Assembly (NCBI GenBank): GCA_951406725.2
Contig: OX597815.1
Coordinates: forward strand, 88,722,001 to 88,786,000
Direction: 5' to 3'
From: Octopus vulgaris
Taxonomy: Eukaryota
Length of the DNA stretch: 64,000 nucleotides
Translations under genes and position numbers: made by a program
Part shown: piece by piece, positions 26,383 to 40,649 of the stretch
Numbering within the stretch: position 1 is the stretch's first letter
Layout of the letters: every line of letters begins with the position of its first letter
Notes under the pieces: generated by a model
What the model was told of the DNA's origin: nothing
The model's input: only the letters and a program-made list of their open reading frames with translations
Database searches by the model: none

Positions 26383-27760
26383 GTATAGACACACATATAC
26401 ACAGTTATTAAGTGTGTGTCTATATGCATGTATATGCAGTAAAAACCGTACGTTTACATCAGTTATAATGAATTACTGGCGAAGCTCATATGTCAATGAA
26501 AAATTCGTTAAATCTTCATTAGGGAGAGTAATTGTATCGCGAAAACATTGTAACTGTGACACTTGAACAGCGTCTATACTGTAGACGTGTTTACAGAATT
26601 TGATAAATGAATATATCCTGCAAATATATTGTCGTAACTGCGGTTATTGTATAAAACGATTGCTCTTCGTACGTCACCAGGAGCAAACGAAGTTGCTTGT
26701 TACTAACAATACAAACGCAGACATTTAGAATTTATTGCTATAATCGTTTTTCTCTTACTTTAAGATATGTCAGCCGAATTTTTAATTATTGGGAAATCAG
26801 TGACTCAGACATTAATTATAAATTTAAACACAAATAGCTTAAGTTTCAATGTAAACGAAAGCATTTCGAAAAATATTGCTGTCCTTTCGTTTTAAATGAT
26901 ATTTTACTATTTATTAACTGTTTAGTTTCATGGCTGGAAAACTCAGGTTTTGTTTTAAATATTTATGTATTATAAAGTTATGTGTTGTACTCATTAGATT
27001 TAACACTTCATTTAGACTTCTAAAGCAGTCCTTCATAAAAGCAGTCTCTTACTTTCTCAAATATATTGGGGCTTCTGTCAGTCAAGCTTGGCTCAGCATT
27101 TGCACTTGCATGTGTAAGCCTGGTTAAGATATTTTCATCTTTTTTCTTTTTAGTGAAGACTGGTGGTTACTCATTCATGTTGGTTTCTTTTCTCCATGTC
27201 ACCATTTATCCACAATGAGATTTCAGCTGAGACCACGATGTATTTTTACAAATGCTCTAATGACTGCCGATCTGCTACCCTATTTCTCGAATTGGACCCA
27301 TAGTACATCACCGAGGAATCATTATCATAGTATGATTTCCGTTTGAGGTATATTCTTTCAATAAACCATCATACTATCGATATTCATCGCTAGTCAGCGG
27401 TCTACGGGACTAAATATCATAGGAGACATAATATTTGTTACGTATGAGTTTAGAACTTTGGAGGTAAAATCTTATCGTGACTAACAAGAATACACCAGAG
27501 TCGATTCAACAGGCATTTTCTCCATGTAAAATGTTCAGATCCAGCAATTTATCACTTTTTTGTTGTATCTAATTTAGTAAGGTATCATTTTCTGTTTTTT
27601 TTTCATGTTTCTAAAGATATTTATTTCGATTCGTAGTCGCATTCATTTTGACTTAGTTACCACTGTTTATACTAATACAAAAACAAAATGAAACAAAACA
27701 GTATAGTAACTTCTATTTTTAACTTCTAAGGAAATCTTATATTTAATGACGGATCTGATG

Positions 27761-27779
27761 TGGACCAGCAGATGGCGAT
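27761..27779 (+). promoter_or_regulatory. Candidate CTCF-binding motif
   Basis: tggaCCAGCAGATGGCGat matches the CCASYAGRKGGCR core; lies in apparently unique sequence. Confidence 0.3.
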
Positions 27780-29179
27780 TAAAAATGTCTCAGCTGGTTG
27801 CAATATAGATTATTATGCATTAGTATCTACGTCCTAAAACATTGCTCATGTCCGAGCCAGTTAGAGAGCTTTAAGCTGAAATTGCAAGATCAAAATCACG
27901 GGGGTAAGATCGCAAAGAAAACATTTATACATACTCACATACACATATATTTGTGTGTGCGCGCGTAGTTATTTAAAATTTCACCACCATAGAGGGAATA
28001 ATAAATTCGTGATTTAAGTAAATGATGGTACCGGAGAAAATGTTTTAAACAAAGAGAATGAAAAAGGAAAAACACTCTAAGACTTTGCTTTTAAGACTGG
28101 TACTACTTGTGCAAATTTCTGAGATTATTTCTAAATTCAGACTATTAGATAACTGCATCACGTTATAGAAGAAGAAACGGAGACAATAAGATTAACTTAA
28201 GTGAGTTGTAACATACCATCCAACCACATCTTATACTTAATCCTAATACTACATTATCATGCACACATGGAGACATCTGAACCTTTCTAGATTCGTAGCT
28301 CGTCGATAGTTTTCCCTCGAGACATTACTATGTAAATTGTATCAATATGAGATGTTATTCTCAAAGCCTAAGTAAATTTTCATTTATTTAATAAATATAT
28401 GCATTTTGTATTAAGTTTTCTTTTTTTTTTCTTTGTTTCAAACTTTAATAAATAGATAAATGTTAATATCTATCTATTCTCTGTTTATAGCCAATAGCAA
28501 TAATTCGTGCAAAGATACATTGAATTGCAACAACTTGTCTTTCATTATCTTTAAAAGCTATTCTAAAATTAGGGGCAAAGAAAATAAGAAAAAAAAACAA
28601 AACATAAAACTAATAATAGCAAATTTTCTAATGTTCGTGTATATGTTTTGGCCGAAAGCTATATTCTAAATATCTACCGACTTCATAATTTCATTGCTTC
28701 TAATAAATTCTTTAATATATACTTTGAATTTAGAAATAATCCACTGTAGAACGTTTGATATTTAGCTACAATCATGAATGAGGCTAAGCTGGTTCACTCA
28801 TAACCTTGCATTTTGTAATATCGCAGTTTGTGCGAAGAGTCGATAGTTGTTTGGCTACAACAACTAAGTTATTGAAATGATTAATTTTAAACGATTGTAT
28901 AAGAGTATTACTCTGAAATATATGCAGTACTTCCAGACATGAGTGTGGGATTATCGATCTTCCAAGATGAACAGAATAATTTTGGTAATGGAAACCATTT
29001 TGTGATTGAAAAGTAAGTCAGCTTGGTGAAGGAAAAATAGCAGAATTTCTATCTCTTCAATGTATTGTCAGCACTTCCTTTCTACTTAGAAGTATTCCTT
29101 ATAATTAGAGTGAACTTTCAGAGTTAGTCTGAAAACAAATATATTTATTAAGAAACGCTTATTTAACATCACTCTTCCA

Positions 29180-29450
29180 GCAGCCCTACAGCAATCAGTG
29201 GATTCCATATTTTCTTACATTGGCGAGACGTGTATAAACTACTTTCAAATCTTTCAAGATGTATACACTATTTTCACATGTAACACCACTAATTCAGGCA
29301 ATGAACTAAAGCTAATTTCCCGAAAAACACTGACTAAACGATCATACAGTTTTAAATATCATGTCGCTTCAAATATCCTTAAGTGGGTCTCGTTGAGTTC
29401 GGCAGTTGTTAAAAAAATTTTGTTAAAGAACCCAGTTATACTGAATACAT
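29180..29450 (+). mobile_element. Old CR1/L2 LINE ORF2 3' remnant
   Basis: FTCNTTNSGNELKL..KWVSLSSAVV resembles the TRGH..KL / WNSLP..VV C-terminal motifs. Confidence 0.4.
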
Positions 29451-31094
29451 TACGTGCTACGTTATACAATATTTTATAAAAAGAAAGTATTTTTAAACTT
29501 TCTAATTCTTTTTCACTCTTTCACAATTTGCGACGTACACATCCTACACACAGTTGCTTGATTCATTGAGTTATGCGGTCTTGGGTTGCTGTACAGTACC
29601 AAATCTGCCCTCATACAGTAAACCTGTGATCAAATATATTCCAATCTGGACCAAACCGTCTTTTTCTGTGCACCATACTACTCAGGATATTCAATTTTAA
29701 GACTGCAGGTTGGGTGTATTTTTGAAAAATTTTTCTCGTATTTATAGTTTGACGAGCGATTGCATATTCACTCCTATTTGTGTGTTTTAAGATAGTTTTC
29801 TGTCATAAGGCTCTACTTCTGTTAAAGAGTGCGCTTTCTTCATATAGAAACATCAAAAGACTCGTAAAGGTTATAATGTTATAGTTGTTTATTTAAAAAC
29901 ATATGTATTCGTTTGTAGACAATTAAGCTTATCGGCAATGGACACAACTCAATAGTGACATGATCCCAAAGTTGTCTCCATTCCACTAAATTCTAAGTTT
30001 CAATACAAGGGGAGATAGAATTTTGAACGTCGTTTCTTTGTTTTGTAGAGTGAAATACATAAATTCTTATTTCTTCAAAAAATGAATTAAATAGTTGTTT
30101 TCACAACGATTCAACATGATAAATATTTTAAAATTATATTTTGAATTTTATGAGGTTAACAATATAAGACTTTGGTACCGGATGACGACAAAAAGTAGAA
30201 CCACTTCGTGTTACCTGAAAGCAAAAATTAAAGGTATAAAGTTAATGTATAGGACAACCCGCTAATACACACACCTAGTTTTCGATTATGATTATGTTGA
30301 TTTTAAGAATATAATAGCTATGGCATTCATTTATTCTTATCGGAAATAATTTATGTTTTTACTTCATGAATTGAAATACAATTTTAATTGGGTCCAAGTT
30401 TTCAAGAGTTCATAACTGGAGACACTGGATCAGCCTAATTCCGAAAACAGTTTGATTCATTGTCTATAGTTAGGTATGACGCTTCAGGTTGGTAACCATA
30501 ATTTTAGTATTTTCAAATATGTTAACGTTTACAAAAATCATTGAATAACTTTGTCAAATAATAACAAGGTCAATCACCATATAAATAATCAATGATTCTC
30601 GAACACCGTTTCTCATTTTGGATTTCTGTGACGATAAGCCTTTGGACGGAATGACAGATTTTGTAAATAACAATTCCAATAACATTATTTGAGTTCAGCT
30701 TTAAAAAAATATTGGTGTTTAATTATGGATGCTTTATGTCGACATTTCACTGACTATGCATTACCCCAACACTAATATCAGTAACAGATGAAACTCTCCG
30801 ACCTTTTGGTTGATGCCTGTTGTTGTTGGGCTCTATGTCACTATGATAGTGAAAATGAAGGCTTTCCCATCATGATCATCGAATCTCTCGTACTTCCTGT
30901 ATTTAGAACTATATAATCCAATATGTGCTTCCTCTATAGCCGGCGGCGGAATGTGATTTGAGGGAGATCCCGTTTGCTATTTATAGCCAATCGAGCAACT
31001 ATGGTAGGGTTTCATCACTGGTTTGTTTTCCCGATTGGGTTTTCGTTACACTGTCAATTCGTCTATTGGTGCTCTCCTTCACGAAGCATAAGCA

Positions 31095-31129
<35 letters not shown>

Positions 31130-31132
<3 letters not shown>

Positions 31133-31955
31133 GGAGTGCCAAGAATCACTATTTGTAAGAAGATAAGTCTAATCAATCAGGAAAAAGATGGCAACACATT
31201 CCATCATATGCCTAGAATGAATTTAAATGCAAGATCTAAAGGACTCGAATTATTTTACAAAAAGGATGAAAGTGCAAGAGCATCATTACATGTCTAAAAA
31301 CGCAATCCGGCAGCTCACGCAAAGACCCATTTACAACAAAAAGCTATTGGAGATATTATAAAGACGTTTGAAGAAACAAAGTCTTTGCACGATGCTTCAA
31401 GCACTGTTCGAAGAGAGAAAAAAATGCCGAGGAAACATTGCACGAACAGCAAAATTCAAATGTAATTAGTCATGCTTCAAGTTTTATAAGCTGGGTTTGT
31501 GCCATCCCAAACGAAGTGTATGCAGATTATTCCATTCATGTGGATTATGGCCATACAAAATTTCTTTGCTGCAATCAATTATACATGGAGATAAAGAAAA
31601 CCCATTTGGAATTTGCCTAATGGATTTGGAATAATCAAAACTGGCTTAATGATATTTTTTGGTGAAATTAATCTTATTTTTTTTTCTGGATGAGTTGGTT
31701 AATCACCATAATTGCATCATTTGGTCTCTTGAAAACTCATGCGGTCACGTAATATTTCTATTGCATTTTCACCATTTCTATAAAATAATTTGAGTACTCC
31801 AAATCTGGTCTCTGAATTGATAAAATTGATATTTGAAATCTATAAAATATAAAATCCTATCATGTAAGCATAAGTTTATGAGGAATCTAATCTTTATTCG
31901 AATTAGTTACAATTTTTTAGATTATTAGAAGGACGGTGACTTATGGAAAACTCTG
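31130..31955 (+). mobile_element. Decayed, deleted rosa-like (DUF4817-type) Tc1/mariner transposon
   Basis: TA-flanked degenerate TIRs cagggagtgccaagaatcact / ggtgacttatggaaaactctg; peptides IIKTFEETKSLHD, LWPYKISLLQ and VNHHNCIIWSLEN. Confidence 0.7.
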
Positions 31956-32519
31956 TATATTCGGAAATTATAAATGAAGACATATGACTTCAGTCGAAGA
32001 ATGATATCAGGTACGTCTCTTAGTTCATTATGTTACATTTTACTAATATGAAATATTGATTTTGACAGACACATATCCATCCACACCCATTGTGAACATC
32101 AACCGACCAGTTCTCTCGATATAAAAGTTTGCTATAATGTTTCAGGTCTCAGACTAGCAATAGTTTTCTAATGTTTTAGCCTGAAACGAAAGCTCTCAGC
32201 CTATATGTCATTCTCAGGCTTCCCGAAACCGGTGAAATCTATGCTGTTAATATTCTTCCCGAACATGGCAAAGAGTGAATCTAAAAATCCTGCTTCTCTG
32301 GAAGGAAGAATTAGGTGTAAGGGTTAGAACACGACTCGGCAAACTGAGACAATAGGAATAAAGGAAGGAATAAAAAGTGCAAATGAAGTGACAGTGAGTA
32401 TAGGTAGAACGAGAGCATTTAACTCTAAAGACCAGATTATATTAGCTAATGTAATGGCGGTAGAATTAAGCAGACATTAAAAAATGTCACTATTTGAATG
32501 TCTAAATCGTTAAAGCTCA

Positions 32520-33010
32520 GAATAAATTCCATGCGCTATTCCTTCCGTCTCTTTACGTTCTGGGTGGGAAAACCACTGGGGTCAACTTTCACTTTTATCT
32601 TTTGAAGTTAATAAAATAAAATACCAGTTAGGTACTGGAGTCCTTGGTTTCGACTGAACCCATCCCCTCAAAATTAGTGACTTTATGCCTGAATCAGAAA
32701 AAAATTATTTAACGCCAGCCGACAAGGTGGATGATAAAATAGACGCTGAGAAATTTGGATATAGGGCGTAAAAGATATTGTCCAAATCCTTAAGATTGGA
32801 AGTGATTTAGATTCTTTAACATTTTGATATTCAGCAGATTCTTTCTAATTTTGGCTCGAGAGCAGTAATATTGAGGGGTCGGGTGGTGTATTCAGCTGAC
32901 ACTTATTTTAAAGACCCTCAAAGAAAGAAAGGCAGAGTCGACCTCGGCCGCATTTGAACTCAAAACATAAACTGCCGAAAGAAATTTTACTCACACTTTC
33001 GTTCGGCATG
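32520..33010. mobile_element. Two old family A SINE copies in opposite orientation
   Basis: ccgtctctttacgttctg...aataaaataccagtt (+) and aaaggcagagtcgacctcggccgcatttgaactca (-). Confidence 0.6.
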
Positions 33011-33473
33011 GTAAAATTGGAAAACCAAATATTGATTTTCACAGATTTCAACGCATGCATTTTGGGGGGAAAAACCCGAAAAAGCACAGAAAAAGATTCA
33101 ATGAATACTCGTTCAAGATACCGGCTTGTAGCAGTGCAAAGTGATTTGAAGTCACATGATAATCATTGAGATACATTTCATATGTTGACTATATCTCAGA
33201 GCAATCTATATTTACTAATACAAAACCTCTGTAATATTTTATTATAGGCACACACACACATACACACACACATGGACACACACACGTGCGTGCGCGCACA
33301 CACGCTCACGCTCACACACACTCACACACACATGTAGTAATAATTTTATATGCATATATAAAAGCAGTCAAAATCAAAATATTCGAATGATCAAGTAAAA
33401 TGTAACGGGAGCAACAACCTCAAAATCTCGGTATATTTGCCTTTGTCTATCGAAACAAATTTAGAGTTAGTCC

Positions 33474-33476
<3 letters not shown>

Positions 33477-33506
<30 letters not shown>

Positions 33507-33780
33507 TGTATGTATGTATGTATGTATGTATGTATGTATGTATGTTTGTATCTATGTATGTTTGTATGTATGTATGTATGTATGTATCTATGTATGTTTG
33601 TATGTATGTATGTATGTATGTATGTATGTATGTTTGTTTGTATGTATGTTTGTATGTATGTTTGTTTGTATGTATGTTTGTATGTATGTATGTTTGTATG
33701 TATGTATGTATGTATGTTTGTATGTATGTATGTATGTATGTATGTTTGTTTGTATGCATGTATGTTTGTATGTATGTATA
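33477..33780. repeat. (TATG)n microsatellite with TTTG variants
   Basis: Direct inspection; source of the MYVC ORFs. Confidence 0.95.
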
Positions 33781-34624
33781 CAAAAGTATTTGTTTATATT
33801 ATACATATATATATATATATATGTATGTATTTATGTATGTCGTATCTATAATTGCATATATATTTATATATATATATGTATATATAGGTATGTATGTATA
33901 TGTGTGCGAGTGTGTGTAAATATGCTGTAATATACTTACAAGTTGCATTTCAAGCAACATAAATTTATTCAATGCTACCAGTAAATATTTTATGTTATAT
34001 TTAAATTTACGAAGATTCTATTTATTTATATTTCCTGTCGGAACAAACTGCACACTACAAATGAAAATTCGAAGTAATTGAAAGTTAGGACAAATTCAAA
34101 TTAGATATCTCTCTCCTTTTCACGCACACATATGTATACACAATCACACACACGCCCACGCGCGCGCCCACACATACATACACGCACACACAAGTATATA
34201 CATAAATTTACAAACCATATATATATATGTACTTATATACATGCATATATACACACATATATAAACATACATATACGCATATATATGAGTGTATGTGTGA
34301 TAATAAGAACAGTTGAAGGTAAGAAACTTTTATATATATGCAGCATTGAATATCTAATTCTAAACTAATTTTATTAAATTCCGATGCTTTACAATGAATA
34401 TTAATTACTTCTATCCCTGTAGAATAAAACACAGAGGGGGAAAAATCCAGAAAATCCTGTGTATGGGCTATAGCGAGAAGGAGGGAAGTATATTAGAATA
34501 CTAGTAAGTATATGTGTGTATATGTATATATTTATACGTACACAGACAGACACACATACATGTATATACGCACTAATATATGCAGAAATACAAATACACA
34601 CATGTATATACATCACGCACATGC

Positions 34625-34667
<43 letters not shown>

Positions 34668-34681
34668 TGTATGTATATATA

Positions 34682-34925
34682 TAGGAGGGGGGATAATTCA
34701 CGAAAAAAAACAACAAAAGACGAAGATAGGTGGTGTAGAAAACAAACAGATGTATTAGTATAACTCTCGGGAATACAAAAAGTCCTTTACGTTTCGAGCC
34801 TACGCTCTTCCACAGAACGGAACACAGAAAGAAGCAAGGAGAGAAAAAATGTGTGTAGTGGCTACCGATCTATCATGGCGACTGCCGGACAGAAATGTCA
34901 CACCTTTGTCTATCGAGTCTATCGA

Positions 34926-34928
<3 letters not shown>
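34682..34928 (-). mobile_element. Penelope-type pseudo-LTR fragment in (TA)n with degenerate minimal hammerhead
   Basis: Flanked by (TA)n on both sides; minus strand ctgtggaagagcgtaggctcGAAAcgta resembles the minimal CUGANGA-helixII-GAAACGUH motif. Confidence 0.55.
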
Positions 34929-34980
<52 letters not shown>

Positions 34981-35659
34981 TATATAGTTTTATTCTTGTA
35001 ATATTCCTTTTTGAATTCAATTTTACAATTACTGAACCAAGTAGCACTTTTCCACCGTCTCTGAAAAGATGTTAATTTTTAATTTTCTCAAGCGCACTCC
35101 AAACTTTAATTATGTTCTCATTTAGTGGTTCTTTGGTTTGAGAAATTTATATTTCCATTTCTTTCTTGGTTGATTGGAATTTTTGTTCTTTAGTGTTAGC
35201 CCTCGATCGTAATAGTTAAATTTCCATCTTGAACATGCCAAGTGCAGCCATCTCTTACTTTTCTTTGTTCAAATTCATGAGGGAGAGATTTAATTTGTAA
35301 ATTCTTTGTCAGAAGAATCCGTGTTGAACTAATCCACAACTCATATATTATGAATTTGCCCTTATTTTTTTCAGCGTATTATAGAGGGCAAATGTTCAGG
35401 TTGTGATGTTTGAATCCCAAATTTGATTAAAACTATATTTGATTGAATGTTTGTAATGGAGATTGGTATCGTTGTGCTACCGGTTCATTTTTTTTCAAGG
35501 TTTCTGTAACATTATAGTTTCAAGGTTTGACTAATCTCCATTTGTTGAGTCCGACCGCTACATTCGTTGATCTCTTTGTTATGAATCTGCATTTCGTTAG
35601 TTTTTCTAGATTGGGAATTGAGAAAAGTTCTCTTTTAGTTTCTTTGAATAATAAAAAGA

Positions 35660-36290
35660 CTAAAAAAATTGAAACCGACGACATATACTTCAAACTAACA
35701 GTTTCTAAACAGTGCTGATTTCTTGCTACTCAAAACATATCAAAATAAGTATACCGTTTAATTTTGTACGAAGAATGTCCATTCGATTCAAAGAATTAAA
35801 ACTGCTAATGAGACAGTACTCAATAAAATTATTTGAAAACAACAGAAGTTGCGAAAGCAGTGGACATTAAAGAAAATTACCATTAAAAGAGCAACCCAAC
35901 TAAAGCAAATACTCTATCTTACATCATGCCCCACAATTCAAGAATTACAGAAGCATATAACGTTATCCATCAACACTTTCCATTTTCGAAGCAAGTCTCA
36001 AGAATGAAAAATAAATCCGAAATACACAAAATTAATTAAAATCAAAATCAAGCCAAATTTCCCCTCAAAATTACTTAACAACGTCAAATTATCCATTGCA
36101 TATATAACATTAATAGTAAAAAAAAATGTGGTTGCCCTAACTTCAGAGAAACACAAACTTAAATCAGGACATATTTTCACAGTAAAATGTCACTTCATCT
36201 ATTCGTGAAATAATTTAAGTTATACTGCTAAATGTAATAGGTATAACGATTACATAGGACAAACGAAATATACCTTGAGAAACAGATTTA
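35660..36290 (+). mobile_element. Decayed Penelope-like ORF (RT thumb, linker, GIY-YIG)
   Basis: IETDDIYFKLT, IPFNFVRR, KKCGCPN and NNLSYTAKCNRYNDYIGQTKYTLRNRF, across frameshifts. Confidence 0.75.
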
Positions 36291-37138
36291 ATATTAATAA
36301 GAGATCCTATTATTAGACACTATTTTGTTGTTAAAAGCCTAAATATAACCCCTGCGTACAACAAACAAATCACCAAAACTTAGAAAGATAGGTAGAAAGA
36401 GAAATCAATAGAAATGTGGGCATAAGGAAAGAAGGGTCGATAGATAGAAAATTTGTTGCACAATATAGAAACCACAACTTATTTATTGCTCGGTCAACAG
36501 AATTTATTTTCCTGTTATCGTCTTTGTCTCAATCATTTTCTGTTCATATTTATCAAACTTTTTTCTTCTCATCTCCGCTCGTGTATATCCCAAGTAACTT
36601 GCGTTGATGATACTGCCAAAGTGAATAATGATCATATTTGGTCGACAAATATTGATGAGGTAAGTGTATTTCGGTCCGTTGTGTGTGTGTTTTATTTTCT
36701 TTCTTCTAAAGACATTTCTTTGTCATCCCTCTGTGGCACTTTTTAAAATTATTATTACTTGTAGCGCTACGCACACACATTTTTTCAATCTCCGGCTTAG
36801 TGATGTAGCATTCGACAAACATATACTCTTAACATAATTCCCTTGAGAATCAGGGTGACACCTATATGTAAGAAAGGTGTACTTTTGTATTACAATTACA
36901 ATCTATATGACCAGCTTCTCTGCACATTTAGCTCTCCCAGTTTCACTCACGATGTATGCGGCTCCCCGTCATCATTGAAAATTACCCGAGTTGCCACACT
37001 TGGATTGAAGCTGGAATCTCGTGTTTGCGAAGTTAACTTCATAATTAGTCAGCCATTCTGAGCTTGAATGTTTATACACACACACACACATATACATATG
37101 TATAATTATACATATATATGTATATATATATATATGTA

Positions 37139-37347
37139 GAGGCGCAATGGCCTAGTGGTTAGGGCAGCGGACTCGCGGTCGCAGGATCGCGGTTTCGATT
37201 CTCAGACCGGGCGTTGTGTGTGTTTATTGAGCGAAAACACCTAAAAAGCTCTACGAGGCTCCGGCAGGGGGTGGTGATCCCTGATGTACTCTTTCACCAC
37301 AATGGCGGTGCCCCAGCATGGCCACAGCTCAAGAGCTGAAACTGGAA
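37139..37347 (+). mobile_element. tRNA(Arg-like)-derived SINE (family C, OR1-like)
   Basis: Head ggcgcaatggcctagtggttagggcagcggactcgcggtc...ggtttcgattc; 3' tail ggcggtgccccagcatggccacagctcaagagctgaaac; inserted in (TA)n. Confidence 0.85.
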
Positions 37348-37378
37348 AAACAAAAACAAAACAAAACAAATATGTATT

Positions 37379-37436
<58 letters not shown>

Positions 37437-38082
37437 GTATTTATATGTATATATATAATATATATATATACATATATATATATACCCATACATATATGTA
37501 TATATATATATACATACATATATGTATATATATATATATATACATACATATTCATGCATATATATATATATATATATATACATACATACATACATATATG
37601 TACGTACGTATGTATATGCGTGTATGTGTGTGCTCGCGTGTTTGTGTATGTATAGAGTCTGCTGTTTTATCAAGGTATCTTGTTGGTTATCTGTTTGTGT
37701 CATCTGATAAGCTCTTCAGCAATTCTCGAAAGTATGTCATTCTCTTTCGTAAATATTTACCAAACGTCATCAATGAAGATATCAATATCATGCTGAAAGT
37801 TTACTGTTGCTCTCAAATAGGTATTTTTCTATAGCAAAACACTGGAATTTATTTAATTAATATAGAATACAATACGATCTTATAGATAAGATTCAGAGCT
37901 GCAGCATTTTATTAACATGAAGAAGTCACCAACAATTTCTTTGAACTTCAGTGATTTAATTGGACATTAGGTCAACGTGGCTCACTGAAATGTCTTTATA
38001 TTTGTATCACCCGGGCAGTGTTGCTCTCTGTAAATGAACCTTCATGAATGTACATATAATGATGAAAAGTAGCTGATCGTCG

Positions 38083-38174
38083 TCTTCTTCTTCTTTTTCT
38101 TCTTCTTCTTCTTCTTCTTCTTCTTCTTCTTCTTCTTCTTCTTCTTCTTCTTCTTCTTCTTCTTCTTCTTCTTC
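38083..38174. repeat. (CTT)n microsatellite
   Basis: Direct inspection. Confidence 0.95.
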
Positions 38175-38194
38175 TCATCATTATTAATGTAGTG

Positions 38195-38410
38195 AGCTGC
38201 AGAATACTTAGCTCACCGGACGAAATGCTACGAAGCATTTCGTCTGTCTTTACGGTCTCGGTTCAAATATCGCCGGGTACGAGACTTTTCCTTGCACTTT
38301 CCAAGGTCGATAAAATAAGTACCAGTTGAGAACTGAACTGGAGTAAATGTAATCGACAAGCCTCCGCTCCCTCCTCCAAAATTCAGGCCTTGTGGTTGTA
38401 GTAGAATGGC
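38195..38410 (+). mobile_element. SINE family A copy
   Basis: gcatttcgtctgtctttacgg...ggtcgataaaataagtaccagttgag...caaaattcaggccttgtg. Confidence 0.8.
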
Positions 38411-38411
38411 T

Positions 38412-38458
<47 letters not shown>

Positions 38459-38501
38459 CAATAACAACAATACTAATGACAACAACAGAAACAACAACAA
38501 C

Positions 38502-38532
<31 letters not shown>

Positions 38533-38546
38533 GTAATAATAATAAT

Positions 38547-38870
38547 CAGGAAACCCCAAAATGGCAGAAATTCAAAGGATAGTGCTCATGGGAACTGCTC
38601 ATATCCTTCGCAAAATACTTTCTATGTAATCTCATGTTTTAAAACAAACATAATTTTATCAGTTATTATTATTATTATTATTAATATTATTATTATTATT
38701 ATTATTATGATTATTCTATGTTTGACTTTTGCTTTACATTTGTACAAGTTGACTCCAAGTCTCACCCACAGGCCTCAAGAGACAACAGGTTGGAAGTTCA
38801 TGTTGTTGTTATGCCTAGTGTGCCATATATTTGGTTTTGTATTTAGTGTTGTACTAGTGAATGGCTAAAA
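38547..38870 (+). mobile_element. R4/Dong non-LTR 3' end (ORF C-terminus and 3' UTR) within (TAA)n
   Basis: GNPKMAEIQRIVLMGTAHILRKILSM*, a typical R4/Dong terminal motif (IQK..LLGTA.ILRK.L); embedded in TAA repeats. Confidence 0.8.
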
Positions 38871-39156
38871 AAAAAAACATACTAAAATTATGTTTGTTTT
38901 AAAACTTGAGATTACATAGAAAGTTATTATTATTATTATTATTATTATTATTTGCAAGAAATTGGGAGTTTATAATAATTAATAAATGTTTAACTTGCTC
39001 AAAATATTGCGGATACTGAGACCTATGTTGATAGTATCATAAGTTTTTCATTTCTTCACAGAAATGGATATATGCTACGTTTAACGTACAGGAAATCAAT
39101 CAATCAACCTCTCTATCTCACTACCTCCGTGTCTGCTTGACTATCTGCCTACCTGT

Positions 39157-39366
<210 letters not shown>

Positions 39367-39772
39367 CGTTGCACTATATCAAAAAGAAATGTAAACAGTT
39401 GAAAAAAAGAATTAATATAACTTATATGCGCCAGTACATAAACATACACACAAGGTCGCACAGGAACACGCAAAAACGTAAACGATACACACGCACACTC
39501 AAACGCAAATAAAATGGAAATTTCCTGAATTGCACAGCTATGGATGCATAAAAAAAAACCGAGAGTTTATATTTATAATGTTAGTATGATTCCTATTGAT
39601 TCTCATTGTTTCATTGTTTACTGTAGGTCACAACACATACATACGCACACAAGCTTATAGGTATACATTTGTATTTTGAATAATTGAATAAGGAGGCTAG
39701 TTTTTGTATGTAGGACGAGATATGTATACACACGAACATATGATCATGTATAAACGCACACATTTATTCACA

Positions 39773-39813
<41 letters not shown>

Positions 39814-40030
39814 TATATACAGTTTTATATGTAGATACATACATACACACACACAGATATACATATATATATACATGTGGATACATGTATGTACATGGTT
39901 ACCTACACGCCCCCACACGCATACATGAGAACTATTTATAAGACTATTCAACTTGACACATTTTCTGAACAATAGAATATTAAACATGTTTTGCAGATAT
40001 TTTAAACACACGCTCATACATAGTGAAGCA

Positions 40031-40152
<122 letters not shown>

Positions 40153-40649
40153 AAAATTATATATATATATGTAATTATATTTGACAAGTTCGAGAAACGA
40201 ACGAAAGCGCTATTAATAATGAAGAAATAAAAACATGTTTTCCAAAGTTCTGGCGACAATTTTTCTCAATACACATACATACACACACATATATGTATAT
40301 TTATATATATACACAAGCATGCGTACACTCACAGATAAATATTCTTGAGAAAGCTAAGAAATGAAAGAACTGGCTGATTCATCGTGGAAAATTAAATGTT
40401 GCTTGATAATTTTGTAGTGTTATCATTGAACTATTACAATGATATCTTCATATCAAATATCCAAGTATATAAAGCCTCTGAGTATTATTGGAAGATGTCT
40501 TAATACAAGAATATTTCCCATATGAGCTATTTCACATTTTATTGTTTGATATGCAAAACTTAATTTTATTGTTCATAGCATTGTGCACAGTTATTAATTA
40601 GGAAAGCAGGCATGTCATACAAAGTATATGACAATATTAATAACTATAA

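Noticed and set aside
29560-29775. Faint ancient repeat also suggested at ~9960-10050, ~17640-17790 and ~51950-52030
   Set aside because: Similarity too degraded to define boundaries or family by eye
37139-37212. tRNA-Arg-like sequence
   Set aside because: Continues into a SINE body and LINE-like tail, and lacks a proper acceptor stem; it is a SINE head, not a tRNA gene
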